Shown here one piece after another: positions 1-12,914 of a DNA stretch of 64,000 nt; position 1 is the first letter of the stretch, and each line of letters starts with the position of its first letter. The notes under the pieces are model-generated. The model was given only the letters and a program-made list of their open reading frames with translations, had not been told where the DNA came from and made no database searches. Source of the stretch: Octopus vulgaris (lineage: Eukaryota); NCBI GenBank assembly GCA_951406725.2, contig OX597814.1:104718001-104782000 (forward strand), read 5' to 3'. The position numbers and the translations under genes were made by a program.

Positions 1-340
1 AAATTCCACCGAGGTCGACTTTGCCCTCCATTCTTTCGGGGTCTATAAATTAAGTACCAGTTACGCACTGGGGTCGATATAATCGACTTAATCCGTTTGT
101 CTGTCCTTGTTTGTCTCCTCTGTGTTTAGCCCCTTGTGAGTAGTAAAGAAATAGGTATTTCATTTGTTGTTACATTCTGAGTTCAAATTCCGCCGAGGTC
201 GACTTTGCCTTTCGTCCTTTCGGGGTCAATTAAATAAGTACCAGTTACGCACTGGGGTCGATGTAATCGACTTAATCCGTCTGTCTGTCCTTGTTTGTCT
301 CCTCTATGTTTACCCCACTGTGGGCAATAAAGAAATAAAT
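1..340 (+). mobile_element. tRNA-derived SINE family A, head-to-tail dimer (runs off window start)
   Basis: B-box-like GAGTTCAAATTCC followed by core GAGGTCGACTTTGCCTTTC.TCCTTTCGGGGTC..TAAATAAGTACCAG, present twice; many other copies in the window. The core resembles the MetaSINE domain as I recall it (not verified). Confidence 0.85.
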
Positions 341-342
341 AT

Positions 343-547
343 TGCTTTCACATTTTGGAACAAGGCTAGCAATTTCAGGGGAAGGGGAAGCCGAATACAT
401 CGGCCCCGAGTCTCAACTAGTTCTTCTTTTATCAACTCTCAAAGGATGAAAGGCAAAGTCGACCTCTGCAGAATTTGAACTCAGAACGTGCAGACGGACG
501 AAATGTTAAGCAATTTGCCCGGTATGCAAACGATTCTGCAAGCTCGG
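343..547 (-). mobile_element. SINE family A, diverged copy
   Basis: Reverse complement of the core: AAAGGATGAAAGGCAAAGTCGACCTC..GAATTTGAACTCAGAACG. Confidence 0.8.
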
Positions 548-849
548 ATTAATATTAAACCTACAGGGGATGGCATGGTTGGGTACATGAGTGTGCATGT
601 GTGTAAGTGTGTGAGTGCAAGTGTGTATACGTCTTTGTGTGCGTGTGTATGTTCATGTGCGCATGGGTGGGAGTTTACGACGTACCAGCATGCTTAAATC
701 GAAACGGGTTCTCTGCCAGAATCGTTCTTGTAAGGTACACATGGCCATCTCTGGTTAATACCTTTCAATGTAGTCTTCTGAGGGAACAATTGTCGGTTTG
801 TCGTGTTTTACGCCACGTTCATCTTCAATAGGAAAAGTAGGAAGATCAC

Positions 850-1533
850 AAGTTTATCGACTACGTTTGGCGAACCGCTATCTTATTTCATCGATCTCTT
901 TGGCGAACTGCTAAGATATTTTATCGTTCTCCTTTGGCGAACCGCTAGATTACTTTATCTATCTAGTTTGGCGAACAGCTTACTTATTTTATCGGTCACG
1001 TTCGGCGAACCCCTAATATTTTATCGATCATTTTTGGCGAACCGCTATGTTATTTTATCGACACGTTCGGCGAACCACCGAAGATATTTTATCGATCTCC
1101 TTTGACGAACCGCTAATTAATTTTTATCGATATCCTTTGGCGAACCGCTAGGTTATTCTATCGATCTCGCTGGCGAACCGTTAGATTATCTTATCGATCT
1201 CCTTTGGTGAACCACTAGGTTATTTTAACTATATCCTTTGGTGAACCGCTAGGTTATTTTATCGAGCTCCTTTGGCAAACCCCTAAGTTATTTTCTCGAA
1301 CTCTATTGTTGAACCGCTATGTTAATTTATTGATCTTTATGGGCGAAGTGCTAAATTTCTTTATCGAATTCTTTTGGCGAACCTCCAGGTTATTTTATGG
1401 AGAAACCTTTGGCGCTAAGTTATTTTATTGATTTCGTTTGGCGAAGGGCTAATTTATTTTAACGTTCTCCTTTGCCGAACCGCTAAGTTATTTTATCGAT
1501 CGCTTTTGGCGAAGCACTAAGTTATTTCATCGA
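850..1533 (+). repeat. Minisatellite, ~34-bp unit (TTTGGCGAACCGCTAAGTTATTTTATCGATCTCC), about 20 diverged copies
   Basis: TTGGCGAACCGCTA recurs at ~34-bp spacing with no unique spacers. Confidence 0.9.
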
Positions 1534-2840
1534 TTAGTAATTTAAGCGCGGAAATCATGATGAGGACGAATATCCGTCAAATGTAAATAGTATAAATAAT
1601 GTGCCTATTCTTTGTTTTGCAGGGTCTGTTTGAAGCGACTTGCTGGATTGCTGGTTTTGAGATCAGGGCTATGGTGGATTGTTTACCACAGAAAGAAAAG
1701 TTACATTTGTAATTAAGGGAAAATAATGTAAGTTCGTTTATTGAATAATGCGGTGAAAATTGGGCGGAGAAGCTTTCAGTCCAAAATATCCGATTACACT
1801 TCTTGCCATAGAACACGGATATACCAGAGTCTGAGAGTGAAAAAATATCTCTCATATATTACAGGCCAAGAATGGTGAATTTTAGAGGTATTTTTGTCTC
1901 AACTTTTGTTAATTTTCCGAATTTCATTATAATGTTGTATTTTGTTGTTATCGTTGAACCAAACTCTTTCTCTGAACTATAGTATCTCTCTCCCCTCCTC
2001 TCTCTCACTGTGTTAATTACAACTGGGTTTAGGTTAATTGACAGAAATAATAATTAATATTATTGTTATTACAAATATGCCGGTACCGAAGTTCAGAAAA
2101 GTCGAATGAATACAAATAATTTAATCAAACAAAAATAATTATTTAATACAATCTGTATTGGTTATAAATCTGTTCATTTCGATAAACTTTATAAATCTTT
2201 GTCAGTTGTTATTAACACATTTATCGAGAAAGCAAAGGAAATTTTTTAGATTATTTTAATCCCTCAAATGATTTGAAATCTTATCTATTCTCTCGAGTTA
2301 TGAATCGTTGAAAATTACTTCTTTATTTGTCTTTTTGTTTTCATTTTTCTGTCTTTTGTTATTTTGTCGGTTTTGTTTTCTATTTGCTGTTTCGTGCTCG
2401 AGATGTTTCGCCTCGCGTCAGGTCATATTTCATGCTTGAATGACTGCGAATAAACAATAATTCATTTCAATCAATTTTAAAAATCATTTGTAATATTAAC
2501 TTTGTCAGCTCGCGTACGGAAATCATGTTAGCATTGTCAGTATTAACCCCATTTGTATTAAGTTTTCTATTTATCCTGAGCAAACAGACTGTGTAGTTCC
2601 AAAACTAGTCTTCAGTATGTGTGTGAAGTTTAATCAAGCTCACCTGTTTGTATTGATTTGCTAAGACAAATTAACAATTGACTGAAAACTTTCATTGATG
2701 TGGCCAATTCTTCGCTTCATTGGTTACAAAAGTAATTTGATATGCTCTATAATGATATCTCCACCGAACTACACGGGGAACAGATATTTAGGTTCAATAG
2801 CGCGCACCGGCTGTGCATCACAATCTATATACATACATAT

Positions 2841-2847
2841 CTGTCTG

Positions 2848-2922
<75 letters not shown>

Positions 2923-2975
2923 GTCTGTCTGTCTGTCTGTCTGTATATCTGTCTGTGTATCTATTTGTCTGTCTG

Positions 2976-3006
<31 letters not shown>

Positions 3007-3071
3007 GTCTGTTTGTCTGTCTGTCTGTCTATGTATCTATCTGTCTATCTATCTATCTGTCTGTCTATCTA
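2841..3071. repeat. (TCTA)n/(TCTG)n microsatellite
   Basis: Seen directly. Confidence 0.95.
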
Positions 3072-3568
3072 CTGACGTGTTGTCGCATCGGCTCCCAAGG
3101 TAATCGTCTTTTTTTTATCATTTATAGCCCACATTTTGTTTACATTTTTGCACATAAGGTGTGTGAAGCAGCCAACTTTCGTTTGAGTGTCTTTCCAAGG
3201 GAGGAATTAGCCCCTAGGGGCAGTTTCAACCGCAATGAAATCTGTCTATTTTCTTCTCGACTTCTCGAATATGAAGAAATGTCATCATAAAACGCTGGTC
3301 CAATTCGTTCATGGACTAGTATTTCCCGCATCTTTACCTTTTGACCGGCAGATTTAGAAAATAATTGTTTGTAACTAAATACTTTCAAACTTCGGACACT
3401 GGTAGAATGTGTCATATAACACTTTTTTTACTCTTAGTTTATATTTACGAAGTTATTTCGTGTTAAAATTGTCGTATTTCGGTAATTTCAATCAATTAAT
3501 GACGTGTATTCAGCTAAATAAAATTACTGCTGTTGTTTGTCAAAAACAACTATCGGTGGTGTATTTTT

Positions 3569-4117
3569 CGTTTGTCCGCTTCTCGTGGAAAGGAAGCATT
3601 CCGATGGTCAGGCGATCCGTTTGCTGCCAACACCCGCTGAAAGGAGGGCTGGGAATGCCGTGGTTGATGATGAGTAAACACGCGCTGAGACTGCGACATC
3701 TCCGGCTCTACGTAGACGACGGTGAACAGGTGTGGTCGCCGATTGTGCGACGCACTTTTCCGCAGCTCGTCTCCATGACCGAGCTACAGTCGTGGATCAA
3801 GAAGAGACCGAGGAAGGGCAAATGGCACCACGAGTGTCGAGTTGCTCTCAAGCAACTATGCCGTCCCGGGTCGAATTTGAGCGACTTCAACACAACCAAA
3901 GCATTCTATAGGGGATTAGTGGATGGGAAGTACGGCGACGATCTCGGGGCGAACCTGGGCGTCGACGAGGAATAGCTAACCCGCCTGTTTGAGACGACTT
4001 TCGGGTCGGGACCTATGGACAACTTCCAGAGATCCCTGGCCTGGCAGTGCTATCGAGAAGCGCTACCCGTTCGGGATAAGCTCTACATGCATGGATCGAG
4101 AAATACCGGGCCGACCT
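3569..4117 (+). pseudogene. L1/Tx1-clade LINE ORF2 fragment (post-RT region), disrupted
   Basis: FSWKGSIPMVRRSVCCQHPLKGGLGMP (FxW..GGLG motif); past the stop codon it continues FQRSLAWQCYREALPVRDKL, typical upstream of the ORF2 zinc knuckle; CpG-rich island in AT-rich DNA. Confidence 0.75.
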
Positions 4118-5254
4118 AATGTTTCATTTTAATCTATCTTTTCCATTTAGGTCTTTCTCCAAGTCCAACTGTTACTTTGTTGCCTCATGTAGTATGTCTT
4201 AAATACCAATTCCACAATTGATGTATTTCCTACTCTCATTTCCTTCCGATCCATTAATGTCTACAGAACAACGAATTTATTTCAACATTCACATAAAAAA
4301 CCTACTTTGTACACCTTCTTTGGTTCTCTTTCTTTTTTCTGCATCAACTTCTGAAATCGAGATTTAAATTCTTTCGTTTCACCTTAACTTTGATATTGAT
4401 GACCGTTGTCAATAGCCACTCCTATCCTAAATTCTAGGTGTATTAATGGGGTCCAACATCATTTATTAACGGCAATATATTCAGTTTAATTTCGAGTTAG
4501 TTTAGTTTTTCATCTGATAAAGTCCAATTATATTTGTAAGTATTTCGCAGCTAAAAAAATTGCTGTCACTTATATCAATCCATTTTCCAAGCAAAACCTA
4601 TCAAACCGTGATCCATTTTTAATAATTTGTCGAGTCTTGTTCAGCAAAACGGTTCTTTGACCTTTTTTTAAGTGTTGGCAAAAACGTTTCCCATACACAG
4701 CAGCAGCCGTTCAAGACTTTGGACCTGGAGATCTCCATTTCCAGCGACTTCGAGGCCCACCTCCCAGTGGTGTCGGGCGTCAAAGAAGAGCCCTCGAATA
4801 CAACAAGCCGACCAAAGTTTTTTTTTTCCAAAGTCTGGGGTATCCCGCCCCTAAGCCCAAGACAATCACCTAATCACCCTTACCCGTCTTGTTGCTGAAC
4901 AGCAACAACAACAACAACAGCAAGTCATAAGTCCACTATTTTCCCAACTGCAACGTTGAAGTTCGTTAAAAATCCATTCATCCTTCTTCATATCGTCTGT
5001 TGTTTCACATGTGCCAGCAGACGTTGCCAATATGCAAACACTTTCACATGTAGACCTGCACCGAGCGTATGGAATCCTCTAATCAATGGGTTGTCATTCC
5101 CCAAGTGCTCCACCTCCTCGTGTTTCGCAGATAATGAGGAGGAAATTCACTCGTTTTAATGAGAGAATTTGTGTAATTACGAAGTGTATTTGTTTTTCTA
5201 ATGTATTTACTTATGAAGACGTGTGTGTATGTTTGTGCGTGCGTGTGTGTGTGT

Positions 5255-5292
<38 letters not shown>

Positions 5293-5926
5293 ACGCGTTG
5301 ATGTACTTGAAACTTTCTTTTAAATATAACCAGGTGAGAAATCTGGTTGTTGGACGTCATATTCATAGAATTACGAGGAATGAAGTGAGAACTGGAAGTA
5401 AAAGCAACAAATTCTTTCATATTTTAGAAGATGGAGTGACGTACGTACGTACGTGTATGTGTGTGTACGTGCGTGCGTGGCGTGCGTGCGTATGTGTGTG
5501 TGTGTGTGTATGTGTCTGTGTGTGTGTGTGTCTGTGTGTAAAATGACTTTTGACAGAGTTTCAGAAATAGATGTGATACGTTGTATTATTTGGGGTAGTT
5601 TCATAAACAATGTCCAAATCTACAACGTTGATGATAAATTTCTTTCTAGGGCCATGTATTGTTGTTGTTGTTGTTGCTGATGTTGTTGCTGTTTACATTT
5701 TGGTCACCTCCGGCCCCAGTGGCCGGTCATAGGATGAAAGGCATTACAACCGTGGACGTCACATTTTTAATGTGATTGGGTTTGTGTTTAATAGCATATA
5801 GCTATTATTTCCAGCATGTCAAGTGATTACGTATAAGCACCTTCCCTAGATCAAGATAGAAAAATTAATAGTTAGATATATGCAAAGTGAGAAAGTCATA
5901 TCTATATAGATGGAAAGAAGTATTCT

Positions 5927-6060
5927 TTTCTTTTCTACTATAGGCACAAGGCCCGACATTTTGGGAGAGTGGGACAGTCAATTAGATCAACCCCAGTACG
6001 CAACTGGTACTTAATTTATCGATCCCGAAAGGATGAAATGCAAAGTCGATCTCGGCGGAG
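5927..6060 (-). mobile_element. SINE family A, partial
   Basis: CTGGTACTTAATTTATCGATCCCGAAAGGATGAAATGCAAAGTCGATCTCGGCGG. Confidence 0.8.
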
Positions 6061-6358
6061 ACGAAAAGAAATATTGTAAAATAAATAGACGCATAGGCAG
6101 TCAAGCAAAGAGATCGGTAGAGAGATTGATAGAACAATAATAGATGGATTGGTAGATATAGAATGGATATCTATGTATGGAAGGTAAGAAATGCAGATAA
6201 ATAGGTAGACGGACAGGTAAAAAAGAAAATAAAACAGGTCCATGAATGTAAAAATAAATAGACAGATAGACAGCAGACAAACAAATAGTTACAAAGATAA
6301 ATATATATTGAGGGTAATAGATAGCAAGACTGACAGTTAAATAGATAGATAGACAGAC

Positions 6359-6419
<61 letters not shown>

Positions 6420-6571
6420 CATGATTACATAAATAGAGTCAGAGAGATGAACAGTTAAACGGGTAAATATATGGACAATCAGCTGGGTGGAAAGATATAT
6501 ACAGTCATGCCTCACTTTGTACGGACCCACTTTTCGAGATCCCGGTTTTATATATGTATATATATATATAT

Positions 6572-6696
6572 GGTTCCGGGTTCAGTCCCACTGCGTGGCA
6601 CCTTGGGCAAGTGTCTTCTACTATAACCTCAGGCCGACCAAAGCTTTGTGAGTGGATCTGGTAGAGGGAAACTGAAAGAAGCCCGTCGTATATATG

Positions 6697-6777
<81 letters not shown>

Positions 6778-6911
6778 CTTTGTGTGTCCTCCCAACATCG
6801 CTTGACAACCGATGCTTACAAAGAATAAGTCCTGGGGTCGATTTGCTCGACTAAAGGCGGTGCTACAGCATGGCCACAGTCAAATGACTGAAACAAGTAA
6901 AAGAGTAAAAG
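6572..6911 (+). mobile_element. SINE family B (tRNA head, CORE-like box, internal (TA)n(TG)n)
   Basis: GGTTCAGTCCCACTGCGTGGCACCTTGGGCAAGTGTCTTC; tail CAGCATGGCCACAGTCAAATGACTGAAACAAGTAAAAGA shared with other copies. Confidence 0.8.
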
Positions 6912-6914
6912 AGC

Positions 6915-6950
<36 letters not shown>

Positions 6951-6951
6951 C

Positions 6952-7006
<55 letters not shown>

Positions 7007-7453
7007 GTGTGTGGAAAGAGAGAGGCAGGGGGAAGAAATAGCTAGATACTCTGCTAGATAGTTAGATATATAATTACATACGTAGATAGAAAGGTAGAGA
7101 AACAGATAGTTAGAAAGATAAGTGTAGATAGTCAGCCAGACAGACAGAGACAGACAGACCGGCAAGTAGCTAAATAAACTTTGAGATAGAAAGATAAATA
7201 GATAAGATGTTTGCCTTTAACTCGACTAGACAGGTTTATTAAAGAAAGTCTTCGAGATAAGACAAACTCTGTGTAGGTGCCACCGGGTAAAGCACCACAG
7301 TTATTATAGATCTCTCTTTCTCTTGGTGCCAGATGTCTTGTTAATAAGGAGCAGGTGTTACGGTTAGAGTTTAGATTTGGAACCTTCTAGAATTTGTCAT
7401 TAAGGCTTCTTTTAGGATTTAAAGGAGCCACGTTACTTTTTGCTGGTGTTGAT

Positions 7454-7546
7454 CTTCTTCTTCTTCTTCTTCTTCTTCTTCTTCTTCTTCTTCTTCTTCT
7501 TCTTCTTCTTCTTCTTCTTCTTCTTCTTCTTCTTCTTCTTCTTCTT
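7454..7546. repeat. (CTT)n microsatellite
   Basis: Seen directly. Confidence 0.95.
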
Positions 7547-7559
7547 TCTCATTATTATT

Positions 7560-7779
7560 AAGGCAGCTGCCTGGCAAGAATCATTAGTATGTCGTACAAA
7601 ATGCTTAACGGCGTTTCTTCCGGCTCTTTACGTCCAGGATTCAAATTCTGCCGAGGTCGTCTTTGCCTTCCTTCTTTCGAGGTTAATGAAATAAGTGTAC
7701 CAGTCATGCACTGGGGTGATGTAATCAATTAGCCTTGTCTCCCCCTAATTCAAGCATTGTGCCTATTAAAGAAAGGATT
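7560..7779 (+). mobile_element. SINE family A, diverged
   Basis: AAGGCAGCTGCCTGGCAAGAATC head; GGATTCAAATTCTGCCGAGGTCG core. Confidence 0.7.
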
Positions 7780-7866
7780 ATTGATATAACGTCTGCTCTC
7801 CTCCTTGACCACAACCTTCATATTTCCCACTTCAAATCGTCATTGTTGTTCGATTATTATTATTAC

Positions 7867-8417
7867 TGAGTGAGAGAGCAGTGCATACCATCAAAGTGAC
7901 ACTGGGGTACAAATATACAAAGCCCAGTATACCCATCATGACTACCCGTCTGATAAGGGTACACCAGGCACATGCATCACAACCATATGTGCGCGACATG
8001 GTGATCTCATTTCAAGATAAACAGCGCATGACCTTGCAGGTAGGACCTAGTTAGAATTTTCTTCAGGTTGAGTAGCCCATCCTGTTCAGAAGGTACCTGA
8101 ATAAGGGTTGCTTAAGGATGTTGAACGAACAACCCATGTTTCCAGAGGTAAATTATCCAAACCCCAAAGAATCACTCTCAATACATGGCTATGATGCTCC
8201 CCCACTACTTCTGCTCATGATCAGAGATGCACATATCGTCAGCCAGTAAGGGATATGCTCAACTGGCTATGGTCAAACAACTGACAAGCAAATCTGTGGT
8301 ATTGAGCAGAATATTTGCTGTAGTCCATCTTTTGTACCAAGACAAAACAATGTACATGATAACACACCCAATCAGTTTAAGATGAGAAGTAATGAGAGCC
8401 ACTGTCTAGTACTGCAT
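7867..8417 (-). mobile_element. ~550-bp non-coding interspersed element in an ATT tract (copy 1)
   Basis: Highly similar to 8786-9334; ATT repeats on both sides; strand inferred from (AAT)n polarity. Confidence 0.8.
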
Positions 8418-8742
8418 ATCATTGTTTTTATTATTATTATAGTTGGGAAAATGGGCAGTGTGAATGGACCAATTCTGAGCGTACACCTGTGAAGAAATAA
8501 AGAAGAAGGGCTCTTTGCCTGTTGATCAGGGACCCGTGGCTTTTGTGGATTTTTCTAAGAGGCCCTTTAAAGCGCCGCCCTTATTGGGAGATTCGCGTTG
8601 TTTCGTTTTTATTGTTTTCAAACGTTTACATGCTGTAAAACACTTTATCTCGTCTTGTGTTGTCTTTTATGTTGTGTCACGCCATTTTATGTTGTTTTAT
8701 GTAAGCTCTTGCGACTAATAAAAGAATGAATCATGATCATCA

Positions 8743-8785
<43 letters not shown>

Positions 8786-8786
<1 letters not shown>

Positions 8787-9334
8787 GAGTGAGAGAGCAG
8801 TTCATGCCATCAAAGTGAAACTGGGGTAAAATAGACGAAGCCCAATATACCCATCATGACTACCCGTCTGATAAGGGTACACCAGGCACATACATCACAA
8901 CCATATGTGCGCGACATGGTGATCTCATATCAAGATAAACAACACATGACCTTGCAGGTGGGGCCCAGTTAGAATTTTCTTCAGGTTGAGTAGCCCATTC
9001 CGCTCAAAAGGTCTCTAAATAAGGGTTGTTTAAGGATTTTGAAAGAACCACCCATGTTTCCAGAGGTGAATTATTCAAACCCCAAAGAATCACTCTCAAT
9101 ACATGGCTATGATGCTCCCCCACTACTTCTGCTCGTGATCAGAGATGCACATATCGTCAGCCACTAAGGGATATGCTCAACTGGTTACGGTCAAACAACT
9201 GACGAGTAAATCTGTGGTATTGAGCAGAATATTTGCTGTAGCCCATCTTTTATACCAAGACAAAACAACGTACATGATAACACTTTCAATCAGTTAAGAT
9301 GAGAGCCACTGCCTGGCACTGCATCAGGGCATTT
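8786..9334 (-). mobile_element. ~550-bp non-coding interspersed element in (ATT)n (copy 2)
   Basis: TGAGTGAGAGAGCAG...GCATCAGGGCATTT flanked by (ATT)n arrays. Confidence 0.8.
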
Positions 9335-9351
9335 ATATAATTATTATATTA

Positions 9352-9419
<68 letters not shown>

Positions 9420-9424
9420 CATCA

Positions 9425-9458
<34 letters not shown>

Positions 9459-9460
<2 letters not shown>

Positions 9461-9751
9461 TATGTTTGAGTTTTGCTTTATATTTGTACAAGTTGGCTCC
9501 AAGTCTCACCCAGAGACCTCAAGAGACAACAGGTTGGAAGTTCATGTTGTTGTTATGCCTAGTGTGCCATATATTTGGGGGGAGGGTTGGTGTTGTACTA
9601 ATGAATGTCTAAAAAAAAAAAGAAAAAAAAATTCTTTTTTTTTCTTTAAAAACCGAAATTTATGTTTGTTTTAAACCTTGAGATTACATAGAAAGTATTT
9701 TGCGTAGGATATGAGCAGTTCCCATGAGCACTATCTTTTGAATTTCTGCCA

Positions 9752-9752
<1 letters not shown>
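9459..9752 (-). mobile_element. 5'-truncated 3' end of an R4/Dong-clade LINE inside (AAT)n
   Basis: C-terminal peptide MAEIQKIVLMGTAHILRKILSM* (QK..L.GTA.ILR motif of R4/Dong ORFs), 3' UTR, then (AAT)n. Confidence 0.85.
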
Positions 9753-9754
<2 letters not shown>

Positions 9755-9821
<67 letters not shown>

Positions 9822-9904
9822 GTTATTGTTATTGTTATTATTATTATTATTATTATTATAATTTATTATCATTATTATTATTATTGTTATTATTATTATT
9901 ATCA

Positions 9905-9950
<46 letters not shown>

Positions 9951-9952
9951 CA

Positions 9953-10019
<67 letters not shown>

Positions 10020-10050
10020 CATTAATATTATTATTATTATCATTATCATT
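9755..10050. repeat. (ATT)n microsatellite
   Basis: Seen directly. Confidence 0.95.
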
Positions 10051-10367
10051 TATTGTTATTTTGAAGAGAAAACCTTTTCTAGCAATAAATTGGTCAGAAA
10101 TATAGGTGAAATATATCACCAAAGATCAATATTTCAGCCTATGCATGCCGCACAACGAAAATATGATATTCCATATCAGAATTATCAGTTAAGAATCTAA
10201 TTCTGATGATATTCTCTAAGGAATTATTTGGCCAGAAAAACCTCTATTTTTAAGGAATGAAATAACCCCGTCGGTCATTGTGGCTTGTTTTCTTTGCAAA
10301 GGTGCCAAAAACTTTGGTCTTAAGTAATATTTAAATACTATTTTCTTCCCACTATATTTTTATTTAC

Positions 10368-10515
<148 letters not shown>

Positions 10516-10688
10516 ACATGCATAAATATATCCATACACACACATAAATACAGTTATATATATATGTGTGTGTGTCTGTGTGTCTGTGTGTGTGTATCAG
10601 TACACTGTCTGTCTGTCTCTCTCTAACACACATTTATCTATCTATCTACTATACCTACATACATATATACATACATACATACATATAT

Positions 10689-10752
<64 letters not shown>

Positions 10753-10758
10753 GTATAT

Positions 10759-10809
<51 letters not shown>

Positions 10810-11478
10810 CAAATATATATACATACAAATATATACATACATATGATTTACTATTAGAGGCGGTAAGTAGCCTTGGCAGTTTTTCATACATCTAAATTGT
10901 GATATATGTGATATATATGATTTGGGTTTCAAGTATTTTTAGTCTAATACCGAAGAACTTATCTAATTTAGCCCCTAGCTATAATTTTCCTTGCAATTAT
11001 ATATATCCGTTCTCATGACTGTTTAGATATTTCTGAAAATTTGCTGAAATCATTCGATGCTTATTAAATACGAACAAAATATTGTTATTCTGTGTGCTGA
11101 AAGTTCAATGCGGAACAAGAATCCTGTTTAAACTTTAGGTTTCAGCCGAAATTTTCTTCCAGTCTTTGTTGTTGCAGGACTGCGGTTTCGAAGTATATTC
11201 TAGGAAATTAAAGGCAGCAAATGTTTTGTAAAATTTTGGAATTTGAGGATAAGTATCAATAATTATAGGCGAGGTTAATTTTGAAATATATAAATACAAA
11301 TAAATATTATATTTTTTCAAAAAAAAAAAAAGTCATCATTCCATTGTGCAATGTAAACATGGTCTTTGGATTATTATAATAGGAATAGGAAGACCAAGTT
11401 TCGGTCCTCTTTCTTTGTACAGGTCATACCGGGAATGGTTTTTTTCTTCTTCTGAAACTCAGGAAACAGAGCAGCATT

Positions 11479-11479
11479 A

Positions 11480-11558
<79 letters not shown>
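11479..11558. repeat. (ACT)n microsatellite
   Basis: Seen directly. Confidence 0.95.
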
Positions 11559-12659
11559 TTGTTCTGCTGCGAGCGCTGATGTTTTTGTTGCTTGTTTTTT
11601 TCTGCTCTGCTGACACCACCCGTCAGTAGAGTCTATCTCAATGGTTGGCATGTTCTAGTCTAACGTATCCCTGTCTTACCTTATTGTTTGGCATCAAACA
11701 TGATGCTGGAGAATTTCTCAGGGATGTCTTCTGCGTGAATAACTTATAATTAAGTTCTAACTTAACGTATTCGTACGTTCTGACAGAGAGTATGTAGTGT
11801 CAAGAAGAATTTTTAATCTATCAAATTTATAATCTTTTTAAGAAAAACATCTATCGTGTTAATTATTCACGAGAAAGTCAAAGGCGATAACTCCGACATT
11901 TAAATTCACTGTAACTCAGAGGTACGTTGAGGGATGCCAGCTTCTGATCGTTGGCTCAGCTCTACATGTTTCCGCTGTGCTCCTCAGAGTTCGCATATGC
12001 CCTACATGTTTCCTCGAACTCATTCTACACACGGCTTATGTGCCGCCGCCCGCCGCAGTACGTAATCATACAGCGGCACAGGTGTTGCAGTGCATGTGCA
12101 TACGGTTGCCTATGCTGCTTATGCATTGAAGTCAAACGTGTCAGAGGAAGGAAATCTCAGAAAATTAATTCCGACTTTGAAACATTTTGTCTGTGGTCGT
12201 CATCAACGTCAGTTTGTCAGCGTTAAGTGAAGCAACGCTGTTTTTCTCAGCGTTAAATGAAGCAACGCTGACAGTTGTTCTTTTCTGCTACCACCACCAC
12301 ATCTCCTGACTACAGCTTGTAATGGTAGAGGTCATACTAGTATAAGAGGTGGTGGTAACGATGGTGGTAGTAGTTGGACTAGCATTACTGCTAAGAGTGG
12401 GGTAGGGTAGGAGTGGTAGCAATAATGATAATAGTGATACTAATAAAGATGGTGGTAGTAGTTGTAGTGGTAACAATTGGAGTAATAATGGTGGTAGTAG
12501 TTATACTAGTATAGGTAGTGGTGGCGTTGGTACTAGTATCAATAGTGAGAGTGACTGTAATGGTAATGGTGCAGGTAGTAGTAGTGGTGGTGGTGGTGGT
12601 GGTGGTAGTAGTAGTAGTAGTAGTGATATATGTAGAATTATTGAAGGGTGTGTAGTTGA

Positions 12660-12785
12660 ATTCACCGACCCCAGTATGTGACTGGTACTTAATTTTAACG
12701 ACTCTGGAGGAATGAACGACAAACTTGACCCCGGCAGGATTTGAACTTAGAACGAAAAGAGCCAGAGTAAATACCGCGAAGTATT
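12660..12785 (-). mobile_element. SINE family A, partial and diverged
   Basis: CCCCAGTATGTGACTGGTACTTAATTT...GGATTTGAACTTAGAACG. Confidence 0.7.
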
Positions 12786-12914
12786 GGGGTGAGAAGAAAA
12801 AGGGTGGGGTGGGGGAGAAATAAGAGGAAAACTATACAAAGTATACGAAATTTGTGAATTGATGGATGCTGCTGTCCTCTGATATAGGAAAAAACCCGTA
12901 AGAGACAATCATGG

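Noticed and set aside
850-1533. CRISPR-like regular repeats
   Set aside because: Units are contiguous and mutually similar with no unique spacers, no cas genes, eukaryotic context
2395-2425. CTGACG..GAAAC on minus strand
   Set aside because: Core is CTGACGC and no stem II forms
8845-8885. HDV-like ribozyme in the 550-bp element
   Set aside because: Only a simple hairpin could be drawn; no nested double pseudoknot found by eye
11679-11729. Possible 51-nt minus-strand exon ending AG|GTAAGA
   Set aside because: Poor polypyrimidine tract, no recognisable peptide, no partner exons
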